Source: Andalucia godoyi And28 (taxonomy: Eukaryota; Protista; Jakobida). Taken from it: DNA of 11,366 bases. Position numbers and translations under genes: made by a program. Below the pieces are notes generated by a model. The model worked only from the letters and a program-made list of their open reading frames with translations. It was not told the origin of the DNA and searched no databases. The DNA lies in the NCBI GenBank assembly GCA_009859145.1, contig VRVR01000023.1:320692-332057 (forward strand), written 5' to 3'. Below are positions 1 to 8,597 of the stretch, one piece after another; positions within the stretch are counted from its first letter, which is position 1, and the number at the start of each line of letters is the position of its first letter.

Positions 1-69
1 CAACCAACCGCAGTGATGTGAGATGATTTCTTTTTTGGTTAGAACGCCGTCTATTTTGGAATGAACTGC
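1..69 (+). repeat. Left terminal inverted repeat (possibly truncated by the window edge)
   Basis: CAACCAACCGCAGTGATGTGAGATG...GGAATGAACTGC matches the reverse complement of 2281-2349 at 69/69 positions. Confidence 0.95.
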
Positions 70-199
70 CGCTACGGTTGGCGAAAATAAAGTTGGCGCG
101 CACGCCGTTTGGACGAAGGATTTCTGTGTACTGAAATGGTTTACGAAATAAAAAAACCATCTCCAGATAAACTGCAAGCAATCTTAAAACACGCCTACT

Positions 200-205
200 T
201 ATAAA
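200..205 (+). promoter_or_regulatory. Candidate TATA box for the transposase
   Basis: TATAAA about 20 nt upstream of the ATG at 225; motif match only. Confidence 0.3.
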
Positions 206-224
206 GCGCACGGAAAACTTGGAA

Positions 225-2138
225 ATGGAAAACCAGGACCCTACATCACTGAGAGAAAACGACAGCGGGGCCGCAGCAGGGCCGTCCACGAACATTGCAG
301 GACAGGAAATAGCTCCTTCGAATAATGATTCCATATTTTTGACTACAGCGTGGAGGAATGCATGCCGTGGTCCGTTTGCGGCGGCGGAAGAAGAAATCCT
401 CCGAGAAAGGACAGCTCCCGAGACACTCCCAGTCCGACAACCATTGAATGAGATCCATGACAATTTTGTTCGCGTGCCTTCATTGAAACGAAGAGCCACA
501 CAGGCTGTGGCATCGGCCTCATCAAATGCGAGTGTTCCAAATCAAATTGCGAAGCGGATCTTACCGAATACTGAGAAGGTGATTCCAATTCCGGACATAG
601 ACTTGGCATCAATTCCGGAAATGCAAAACCTCAACATGAATCAGTTGAAATCGAAAAGGCGAATGTCACTGGACACTTCAAAGGAGCTTCGGGAAATGAA
701 ACGAACACGAAAGGCTCAAAGCATCGACGCAGCTCGCACGCTAACGATGCAAGCGGCAGTGCGAGAGACGTTGGCAAAGGCAGCACTTGCAGAGCACCAG
801 CAAAAGGAAGCATTGGAAAAGGAAAAGGCAGAACTGGCGCGAATACCGATAAAGCCTACTGGAGTTGTATCCCAGGAGGATCGGAAGATCATTTGGAACC
901 AGATCAACTTCATGGGAAGTCGTGCAAGCGACGTAGCAAGGATTTTGGAGAAAAACATCAACACTGTCCGGACCACTTGGAACAGAATGCGTCAGCGACA
1001 ATTGCACGGACTGGATCCTGTAGGAATGCCGTCGAGAGGAGGGCAGAACCCCTCAAGCCGACGGCAGAGAATCTTGTCGGAAGATCACCTTCTATGGGCT
1101 GCGCGAAAGATGGTCTTCGACAACAATCTTCATTATCGAGATCTGGCAGACAAGCTGGTGATCCAGTTTCCGGAGTTGCAGGTCGTGAACAAAGACCATT
1201 TGGCTCAGAATCTGCAAAAATACTTACATAACAACCTTGGCTTTCGACTAGCAGACTTCCTGACGGTTCCAGTCTCTCGAAATCTGGAGCGTGTCATTCA
1301 AGCTCGAAGTGAGTATGCTGCAAAAATGCTTGGCGACAAAGAAGAACAGTATCAAAAGGCAATTTTCATCGACGAGACGCCGTTCAATTTTGATGTTCAT
1401 CCCGAACAAGGAATATCCCTTCAAGGATGCCGCCCACTGCTTGCAATCCACGACATCCATGTGCCGAGCCTGACTGTGATCGCAGCTGTCGACAGAAGTT
1501 CGCTCGTCTATTACGAATGCTACACAGGAGGCATCAATGGAGCCACATATGCCCTATTTTTGAAGAATCTCTTCCGGCGTCTCGAACAAACGGGAAAGCT
1601 TCTCGAAGGTGAAAAGCAAATGATCATTCACGACAATGTTCCAATGCATATGGCGAAGCAAACAGTGATACCATTGTTGCGCGAGTGGGAATCCAAAATT
1701 GAAGTGGAACGGTTGCCACCATATTCTCCGTTTTTGGATCCTTGCGAGGAGGTATTTGGAATGTGGAAGTTTCAATTCTGCCAGATTGTCCGAGAGAAAG
1801 CTGCGACAAACGTAGCTGCGGTTGCAGCACTGGTTCAGCAAGCTGCGACCCAGATCCCTGCCGAACACATTGGTGCCGCGTACAAGCATGCACGTTCGTT
1901 CTTCGTGCAGTGCCTGACAAAAATTCCGGTGAATACTCGTCAAATTCTGGACGGGATTCACGAAGGGGATGAAAAAGCCGAAATCGTGATGCAGAAGTAC
2001 AAAGACTGGGGCATTGATCTTCATCCAGGACTCCGAGAAAACGAAGTCGAAACAGGAACTGTTGAGCGGAATGAAGGAGAACCAGCAAGAACTGACATGG
2101 ATGAAATTTGTCTCATTCCTCTCTTTACGAAGCCTTGA
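225..2138 (+). CDS. ITm-superfamily DDE transposase (DD37E spacing), 637 aa from the first ATG
   Basis: Catalytic motifs AIFIDETPF (D1), MIIHDNVPMH (D2) and LPPYSPFLDPCEE (E; a variant of SPDLNPIE), with 37 residues between D2 and E. An HTH-like region (SQEDRKII...ASDVARILEKNINTVRTTW) lies upstream. The ORF track starts at TTG 219; the first ATG is at 225. Confidence 0.95.
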   Translation: MENQDPTSLRENDSGAAAGPSTNIAGQEIAPSNNDSIFLTTAWRNACRGPFAAAEEEILRERTAPETLPVRQPLNEIHDNFVRVPSLKRRATQAVASASSNASVPNQIAKRILPNTEKVIPIPDIDLASIPEMQNLNMNQLKSKRRMSLDTSKELREMKRTRKAQSIDAARTLTMQAAVRETLAKAALAEHQQKEALEKEKAELARIPIKPTGVVSQEDRKIIWNQINFMGSRASDVARILEKNINTVRTTWNRMRQRQLHGLDPVGMPSRGGQNPSSRRQRILSEDHLLWAARKMVFDNNLHYRDLADKLVIQFPELQVVNKDHLAQNLQKYLHNNLGFRLADFLTVPVSRNLERVIQARSEYAAKMLGDKEEQYQKAIFIDETPFNFDVHPEQGISLQGCRPLLAIHDIHVPSLTVIAAVDRSSLVYYECYTGGINGATYALFLKNLFRRLEQTGKLLEGEKQMIIHDNVPMHMAKQTVIPLLREWESKIEVERLPPYSPFLDPCEEVFGMWKFQFCQIVREKAATNVAAVAALVQQAATQIPAEHIGAAYKHARSFFVQCLTKIPVNTRQILDGIHEGDEKAEIVMQKYKDWGIDLHPGLRENEVETGTVERNEGEPARTDMDEICLIPLFTKP

Positions 2139-2280
2139 TCCTATGTGGCACCTTCGAATAAATCTGCAAGAAAACAGCAAAATAAAAAACACTTTTCGAT
2201 TGCGTTCATTCGCGTGGGCGGGGATGTGGGCCCCATGGTGGGCCCTGGATTTATTCAAAAGTACAGCTGCTGCAGCTGCT

Positions 2281-2349
2281 GCAGTTCATTCCAAAATAGA
2301 CGGCGTTCTAACCAAAAAAGAAATCATCTCACATCACTGCGGTTGGTTG
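2281..2349 (-). repeat. Right terminal inverted repeat
   Basis: GCAGTTCATTCC...CACTGCGGTTGGTTG, followed by TA; 69/69 match to the reverse complement of 1-69. Confidence 0.95.
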
Positions 2350-2937
2350 TAAAATACGGTTGTCTTACCGTAGTCACGTCTAGTATTTCTTCATTTTTCA
2401 CTTTCTTTTTCCTTTGGTGACAGCTTCGCCAATGATGATTAATAATCATTCATGTTTTGGCAAGTGGGTGCATTTCCAAAAAAAATAAATAAATTACAAC
2501 AATAGAATGCCCGAGACAGGTAGTGGTGCCCCGGGGATGGCGGTGCGGGGTGGCGGAGTAGTGATGCGAAAGCGGTTTTCTGAAGGCTAGCGGGCTGACA
2601 AGGCACTGCAGCAGTTGGCTAGCGGTGGCAGGAAAGCATCAAACTACTGCTCCTATTTTGAAGTGATCGCACAAAGAAATCTTTGTTATTGGTCACAAAG
2701 ACCGCAGTGTCAGCAAGATTGCATGTGAAAAAGTTAAAACGATGTCCAAAAGAAAGTCTAAACGGAGTGAAGAAGTCAAAAACGACACCAGTTGGCGCCA
2801 GCGAAGAGTGGGAAAACTACAGTCAGGGAGAACGAATTCCGCAGCCGTCTTTCAATGGCAGGTTTCCGCTGTCGTCCCCCGCTAGCGGAAAATAAAAGGC
2901 GGAGCACGAAGTCTTTCTCGTCTGCAAGCTTGTCATG

Positions 2938-2978
2938 TTTTCTTCTTCCCCCCCCCCCCCCTTTTTTTTTTTTTTTTT
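2938..2978 (+). repeat. Uninterrupted 41-nt pyrimidine tract containing C14 (2948-2961) and T17 (2962-2978)
   Basis: Read directly from the sequence; about 95 nt upstream of the BPI-like ATG. Confidence 0.9.
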
Positions 2979-3073
2979 GGCTTCCTTTATCGTTGTTCAT
3001 ATGCATTTTATCTTTCTGTTCTTCTCGCAAGTTTCCTTTTTTTAAAACCTTTCTGTGAACATTGACGACTATC

Positions 3074-4498
3074 ATGCCCAGTTCTTCGTTGGTCCTCGCA
3101 GCGATAGTATTCCTTGGGGCCGTGCTCACTTGTGGAGGAACCAATCCTGGCGCCCGCATTGCATTGACGGAAAATGCATTCTCGAAGTTCATTGATGGAA
3201 TCATCCCGTCTGTCGCGGGACAGTTGCAGGGTCAGAAGTTCCCTGATTACAAGACATCGCAATCTGGATTCGACATTGCAATCACTTCGATCACTCTGAA
3301 GACCTTTCAAATCCCAGACTTCCAAGTCTCTTTGGGTGCAGGTGGCGTAGTGCAGGTATCTCTGCACTTGGACATCATGGTCACGTCCAATTACGAAGTC
3401 AGCCACAGCGGATTCCCCCCACTGCACGCCTCCGGGAACATCAATGCTGGTGCAGCGAATGGGCATTTCGCAGTCACGTTGACAATTTCGGACAACGGAG
3501 GCCACATGGAAGTGTCTATATCGGGTGCAAACACGGATGTTGGTCCGTTCACACTGCAGATTTCTGGTGGATTGATTCAAGAAGTCGCGGATATCATTGT
3601 TCAAATTTTCAACAAGTTCTTGCGTCCGCCCATTAACAATGCAATCAATGCTGCGCTGACAGGAGCTGCAAATAAGGCTGTCGAGCGTGCTACGACTTCC
3701 TATCCGGAAAAGGTTAATATTGGAGGTGGAAACATGATCAGCTATTCACTAACGTCGAATCCCGATTGTACTTCGCAATATTTCTCAATCCCTGTGGAGG
3801 GCGCAACGTCAGGCCCTGGCGGACTAATTCCGCCATTCTCTCCATCAGCCATGCCCGTCGTGGTCGATTCTTCTCATGAATTTCAGATCATTTTCTCGGA
3901 TTTTCTCTGGGACGGCTTAGCATACGTCTACACTCAAGAAAAAGCATTTGAGCGCGATATTACGAGCGCCCAAGATCCGAAGCTGAACACCACGATGTGG
4001 TCCGTGCTACTACCCAATATCAAGACCCTGTGTCCGGCCGCTTCGTGTCCCATGGAAATCATTGAGGGAATTTTGCCGAACTCGGCTCCCAGTTTCCGAA
4101 TGTCGGCTTCCCATGGAATGAATTTGACTGCCGAGCTGCAGTGGCAGTTTGTCGTCGACAGACCGGACGGATCGAAGGCCGCTGCATTCTCGTTGCAGGT
4201 AATCTTGGAACTGCTTGCGGAAGTCACCATTCAGAACGAGAAGACCATCCATCTTGAATTGCATTACCTTGATGTAGACTTTACTATTACGTCTTCTCCG
4301 ATCGGACCATTCAGCCCTTCTGTCATCAACTCGGAAATCAATCGGATTTGCAACACCGTGATCGTTCCCATGGTGAACAGTCTGCTCGTATCGGGAGTCG
4401 CAATCCCCGTCGTCGACGGAATTTCATTTGTGAACCCCGAGGTACTCACTGGTGATGGGTATCTTGCCATTGCAACTGATATTTCGTATTCTCCATGA
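3074..4498 (+). CDS. BPI/LBP/CETP-family (TULIP) lipid-binding protein, secreted, 474 aa
   Basis: Hydrophobic signal peptide (MPSSSLVLAAIVFLGAVLTCG) followed by NPGARIALTENAF, which resembles the NPG..RIT start of mature BPI/LBP. Length and a beta-strand-rich pattern fit two TULIP domains. C-terminal FVNPEVLTGDGYLAIATDISY resembles the family's terminal strands. Intronless; first ATG at 3074 (the ORF track starts at TTG 3062). Confidence 0.85.
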   Translation: MPSSSLVLAAIVFLGAVLTCGGTNPGARIALTENAFSKFIDGIIPSVAGQLQGQKFPDYKTSQSGFDIAITSITLKTFQIPDFQVSLGAGGVVQVSLHLDIMVTSNYEVSHSGFPPLHASGNINAGAANGHFAVTLTISDNGGHMEVSISGANTDVGPFTLQISGGLIQEVADIIVQIFNKFLRPPINNAINAALTGAANKAVERATTSYPEKVNIGGGNMISYSLTSNPDCTSQYFSIPVEGATSGPGGLIPPFSPSAMPVVVDSSHEFQIIFSDFLWDGLAYVYTQEKAFERDITSAQDPKLNTTMWSVLLPNIKTLCPAASCPMEIIEGILPNSAPSFRMSASHGMNLTAELQWQFVVDRPDGSKAAAFSLQVILELLAEVTIQNEKTIHLELHYLDVDFTITSSPIGPFSPSVINSEINRICNTVIVPMVNSLLVSGVAIPVVDGISFVNPEVLTGDGYLAIATDISYSP

Positions 4499-4499
4499 A

Positions 4500-4553
4500 A
4501 GTGAGAGTACCAGTGTCAATCATCGATCGCTAGCCCGCAAGACTGCGGTCGAT
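4500..4553 (+). repeat. Repeat family B, copy 1 (hairpin element)
   Basis: 46/54 identical, ungapped, to 10122-10175. Stem ATCGATCGC (4522-4530) / GCGGTCGAT (4545-4553). Starts 2 nt after the BPI-like stop codon. Confidence 0.85.
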
Positions 4554-4715
4554 CAGATTAAATGTAAAAGAGGCCTTGCAATGCATTCTTCACCATTCCT
4601 TGCAAGTGGTTTACTTTTCATTTCATCCCAGCACTATTTTCCACTTCAGACGATCATACGAAATCCCATCCAAACATGTATGCATATGATGATCATGAAC
4701 ATAAAAATGCTGCAG

Positions 4716-4876
4716 CACAAATACGGAAAACTCGCCAGACCATCCTTTCTGAGACAACGCTGGGGACTGGTAGAGTCGGGGACGGCGAGCAATCTGGCAC
4801 ACGAATATCGCCTGGGGACGACGCCGCTCAGGAATTATACGTAGAATATTAATTACTTAATTCCCGACTACAGTCG
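4716..4876 (+). repeat. Repeat family A, copy 1 (candidate structured ncRNA or element end)
   Basis: 138/161 identical, ungapped, to 9826-9986; core 4759-4876 is 107/118 identical. Confidence 0.92.
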
Positions 4877-5172
4877 TTTATTTCGCGGGAAGAATGTTTT
4901 CTTACAAAGAGCTGTTTTTTATGAACGCAACACGCTGAGCACTGCCGATCCATCATCAGAGGTACTGTGCTTATGGCATTTACACAGTAGTCGCGAAGGT
5001 TCTCACCACTGGTCCGTGGCCTTCTGTGTCGTCAAGTACCGAGTGCACAGATCGCCCTCCGGCTTCAGCAGCAGCGGCGGAACGATGCTCGGCTTGTGTC
5101 CGCCGGCAAAGCAGCTGTGACGTACCTTACGGTATTAACCTATAAGTAGTAAACGAAAGCTCAATTTTTATT

Positions 5173-5199
5173 AAAACACAAAACACAAAAACACAAAAA
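5173..5199 (+). repeat. Short tandem repeat (A4-5CAC)x3
   Basis: AAAACAC AAAACAC AAAAACAC AAAAA, read directly. Confidence 0.7.
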
Positions 5200-5761
5200 G
5201 AATAGAAGTCGCTTTTCACACAAGTGCGTGACTTCTACAGTGGTTTCGCACCACACACCTCCAGTGAGTGCCATGGCTTTTTTCCATGCTACGTATGGTT
5301 CAAATTTCTCGTTTTCCTGCGGAGGTTCCATATTCACTGCTGACTTCAGATGGAATATTACCAGTACCAAATGAACGAACGCTGGGGAATGAGAAAAAGA
5401 AAGCTACGGAATCTGGAACGTTTGTGATCGGACGAATTGGCGGGCGGCGGGAAGGCATTTTTAAAATAGAAAGAAGCGGGCAAAACTAGCATCAAGTGGC
5501 AGGTGAGACAGACCAAACCCCTTGTTGGGCAGCCGTAAAATGAAAAGCTGACAAACCACGGTGAAAGGATGTTTCACTCAAAATTCCAAATCCTTCGAAA
5601 TCCAAATTCTGTTTCCCCTGCGTTTTCTCTAACTCTTTCTCTCATCCACCTCTTTTGCTTACCCGAATCCGAAATTACCCTGCATTCTTGATTTTCCTGT
5701 AATTTCATTTCTTCAGCTATCAAATTATTTGTTGTGTAGTTTCATCAAAACTTTGGTCAAC

Positions 5762-7545
5762 ATGATATCCACAGCGGATTCATTGTTTGTCCTCGATTTG
5801 ACTAATGTGTACTGTGATGAAGCTCTCTTTCAACGGATGCCAGCATTGTGTTTGCCAACGAATTAACTATTCGGGTAGATGATTTAGATGGTTTCTCATT
5901 CAACGTTGATGCATTTTGCGACTCTGTGAACACTGCCTGTTGTGCAAAATGCTCCATTGTTGGCCTGTCTCTTGGCTATGATCGGCAAGCAGATCAGGGA
6001 ATTAACCTTAATCATAATGTGTTTTTCAGTCAACATACTGATCCGAAGGCTGATGAAAACGCAAAAGAAGTTTCGGAACGCCATCGAAGCTGGTTCGCGT
6101 GTGTGGAGGGAATTTGAAAGCTTTTGCTCCTCTTGCGTGTCGCTCCATTCAGTTCCACTTTCCAGTATTCCACTTAGACTTCACCAGTTTTGTTCGGCAT
6201 TCCTCATTTCGCTTGCAAATTTTGTCCGTCAAATCTCCGTCGAACACAAAATTTCTTTCGGTCTCATGGATCAGCGAGAAATCTTGGTAACTCAACGAAT
6301 TGGTAGTGTGTGTTCAGAGTGGCAGCAAACGATTGGCGTCAAGTCAGCGACAGTTTGTAAGATGGCTTGTGCGTTTAAACGAACCTGTCCCAATTCCCAT
6401 GTTGAGTGGGTGCAACCTTCTCTTGATGAGCCAGACACTGAAGACAACGAACAACGAAAGAATCTATCTCTTTTCAAGAAAGAGAGTGAGGATTTCAAGT
6501 GCGTTGTCTGGGATGAAACCGATCCTCAGCGACAGGAATCAGTTGCATCACTGCAGTTCTGTTCATCCCTTTCCGTTCGAAATCTTGTTTCTTATGACAG
6601 TGTTGTTCTAGATCGCCCCTCCAAGCGGGTTGCGCTCAATGAATCGGCGAGGCCCTGGTTCACAAAGTGGTTTGGTGATTTCGCAACCCTTATTGATGGA
6701 GATGGCGAAGGAATCACTGTTGACATTGTTGATAGTGGTTGCGATCTTCATCAGTTCCAAGATGTGAATTCGTCTCTTGGTACTTTTTCTGGAAAGTCAT
6801 TTGTCAACAATGCATGGTTTATCGATGTAGACGGTCACGGTACTCATGTAGCCAGGATCATTCGACAGATTCTCCAAAATGCAGCTTGCTCATTGCCCAG
6901 ACACTGGACAGACACGGCGGAGGAGCTCCTTACGATACTGCTAAAGCAATCGACTGGTGTGTGAAGGAAGACGCGAAAATCATCAATCTCAGTTTGGGGG
7001 CGAGCGAGTACAATCATGCTCTCACCAAGGCAATCAACAGAGCTATCAACAAGGGCGCCATCATTGTTGCGGCTGTCAGTAACGATGGCAATGGATTGCA
7101 TAATGCTGTTTCTTACCCAGCTCGCTTAGGAAACGTGTTGTCTGTGGCCAGTTGTGGAGGAAAAGGACAAGCATCCTCCTTCTCTTCTGTTGGTAAAGAG
7201 GTAGACTTTTTATTACACGGCGAGGATATATTGTCCTACAAATCTGTGACTAAGGAAGCAGATTGTGGACAAATGATTGAACATAGCGGCACTTCCATGG
7301 CAACTCCGTTTTTGTCTGGGATTATTGCCTGCATTCTTTGCAAGAAGCGTGGCTCGAGCGCAACTGTTTCCGCAGAACATTATTTTTGCCCGAACTTGCT
7401 TGAACTCTTGAGACAATATGCTGATGGCCCTCACTCTGCAGATCGTAGATATGGTGTGTTGCGATATGAAAAGTTTGGAAACAAAGCTGCAACCGCAGTT
7501 GCGCGTTTGAATACTTTTATTGATCAATACATTCTTCCCGAATAA
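5762..7545 (+). pseudogene. Subtilisin-like S8 serine protease with a long N-terminal region and no signal peptide; frameshifted (pseudogene or assembly indels)
   Basis: Catalytic Asp (VDIVDSG, codon 6731) and His (DGHGTHVA, 6836) lie in ORF 5942-6964. The oxyanion Asn (AAVSND, 7081) and Ser (SGTSMATP, 7294) lie in ORF 6739-7545. Adding one T at 6870-6871 gives a continuous subtilase-like sequence (HGTHVARIIRQISPKCSLLIAQTLD...AIDW...IINLSLG). The 5' start at ATG 5762 requires two more inferred shifts (within 5821-5863 and 5930-6114), which are less certain. A full reconstruction would be about 594 aa. Confidence 0.85.
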
Positions 7546-8597
7546 GTAGTTCGCTAGATGTGTGCTTTCTCTCTCATATCCTCTGAAGAGTGACGAACAC
7601 CCCGTTCCAGTGATATTGAAATCCAAATCTGCAAACCTTGCAGCATTCGAGGAGAAGAACGCATTTCTACTGCCGCATAACCATTTCGGTCGTTTCAGAA
7701 TGATAGATAATTCCCCCCGAACTTGTTCGACACTTTTCAGATTCTTGTTCGCAGGCCGAAAACATAATTCACAGTGTTCGTATAAGATAGAACATTACAT
7801 AGATCGCCAGTGATCCTTGTAACATACTGCCTTGTTAATGGTATAAGATGATTCATTTCAAACGACAAACGCATTTCAAATAACAATCGTAGCATGAAAA
7901 AAAACTGATGATTCGCGTACGTCGCTTTCGTTTTTGCCAGATTCGAAGTCATTATGCATTCGAATAGATACAAGAAACATCAAAACTAATGGAAAACGAA
8001 TACTCCAGCGGCATGTCTTGACTCTTGAGACAGTGCAATCTCAAGAACGACACACGGCATGAACTGTAAGTTTGAAAAAGTCTGAGATCACTTGACAAGA
8101 AGAAAACTCCTTGCTTTTGAATGAACACAGCCTTACTCACTCTTTTTCATGACTCTTCGCGTCAAATGAATATTCTATTTCTATTTCGCTCAGTGTTGAT
8201 TTATGTTTCTGAATGCTGAGAACCGATTGAAGAGGCCATTTTCTGTATTCGTCAATAAAGAAATCACGCGGGGAATTGACAAACCACGAATGTAACGGTA
8301 ATTATCGACAAAAAATGCCAAAGCCGGTCAAATTCCATCTTGGATCCGTGAATTCGAAACGCACCCCCGAAGGCTGTCAACCACGTCAATCACAAGTTTT
8401 TCCATGAGGCGACAGAGTGTTCGGACTGCCTCGATGTCGTAGCAAACCGGCAGGCACCTCTTCTTGCCAGCGGCAAGGCCGAAGGGCCCCTTCGTCGCTT
8501 CGTGAGAAAACCCACCTCAAAAGGCACGTCTTTGTCGACGTCTCCATTTTTTTTTTTTAAATTGACGGAAAAAAATACGATTTTAACGGAGAAAAAA

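Larger units (their letters stand above)
1..2349 (+). mobile_element. IS630/Tc1/mariner-superfamily DNA transposon, apparently intact; left end at or just beyond the window edge
   Basis: Positions 1-69 are the exact reverse complement of 2281-2349. TA, the ITm target-site dinucleotide, follows at 2350-2351. The repeats enclose one uninterrupted DDE transposase ORF. The TIR may extend beyond 2349 (alternative end at 2370, followed by TA at 2371-2372), but the left partner would lie outside the window. Confidence 0.93.

Noticed and set aside
1554-2258. 234-aa minus-strand ORF, and other antisense ORFs such as 3008-3604, 10628-11077 and 2776-3204
   Set aside because: These are shadows of real genes or read through homopolymers (poly-K/G); no recognisable motifs.
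2742-2885. 47-aa basic ORF (MSKRKSKRSEEVKND...)
   Set aside because: Too short to support without homology or expression data; it could be a uORF or chance.
4686-4752. C/D box snoRNA (ATGATGA ... CTGA)
   Set aside because: No terminal stem or recognisable rRNA guide. The C box is not conserved upstream of A copy 2, and these short motifs arise by chance.
4508-4772. TA-flanked MITE (TA|CCAGTG...GACTGG|TA) between B and A
   Set aside because: Only 7 bp of inverted match. Conservation of A continues about 105 bp past the supposed right end, and the order is reversed at the second locus.
4762-4876. Repeat A as 5S rRNA, tRNA or a hammerhead ribozyme
   Set aside because: Size and three-way junction are similar to 5S, but there are no 5S conserved motifs, no cloverleaf or TTCGA T-loop, and no CUGANGA/GAAA core on either strand.
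5821-6880. Programmed ribosomal frameshifting or an alternative genetic code explaining the split protease
   Set aside because: The shifts go in both directions and no canonical slippery heptamer is seen. TAA, TAG and TGA all terminate intact genes in this window.
5598-7628. Shared GAAATCCAAAT 11-mer upstream and downstream of the protease gene
   Set aside because: Short and AT-rich with no extended flanking similarity; insufficient to call a TSD or repeat.
7905-7950. CTGATGA hammerhead core; also the minus-strand CTGATGA near 4953-4959
   Set aside because: No stem II followed by GAAA in either case.
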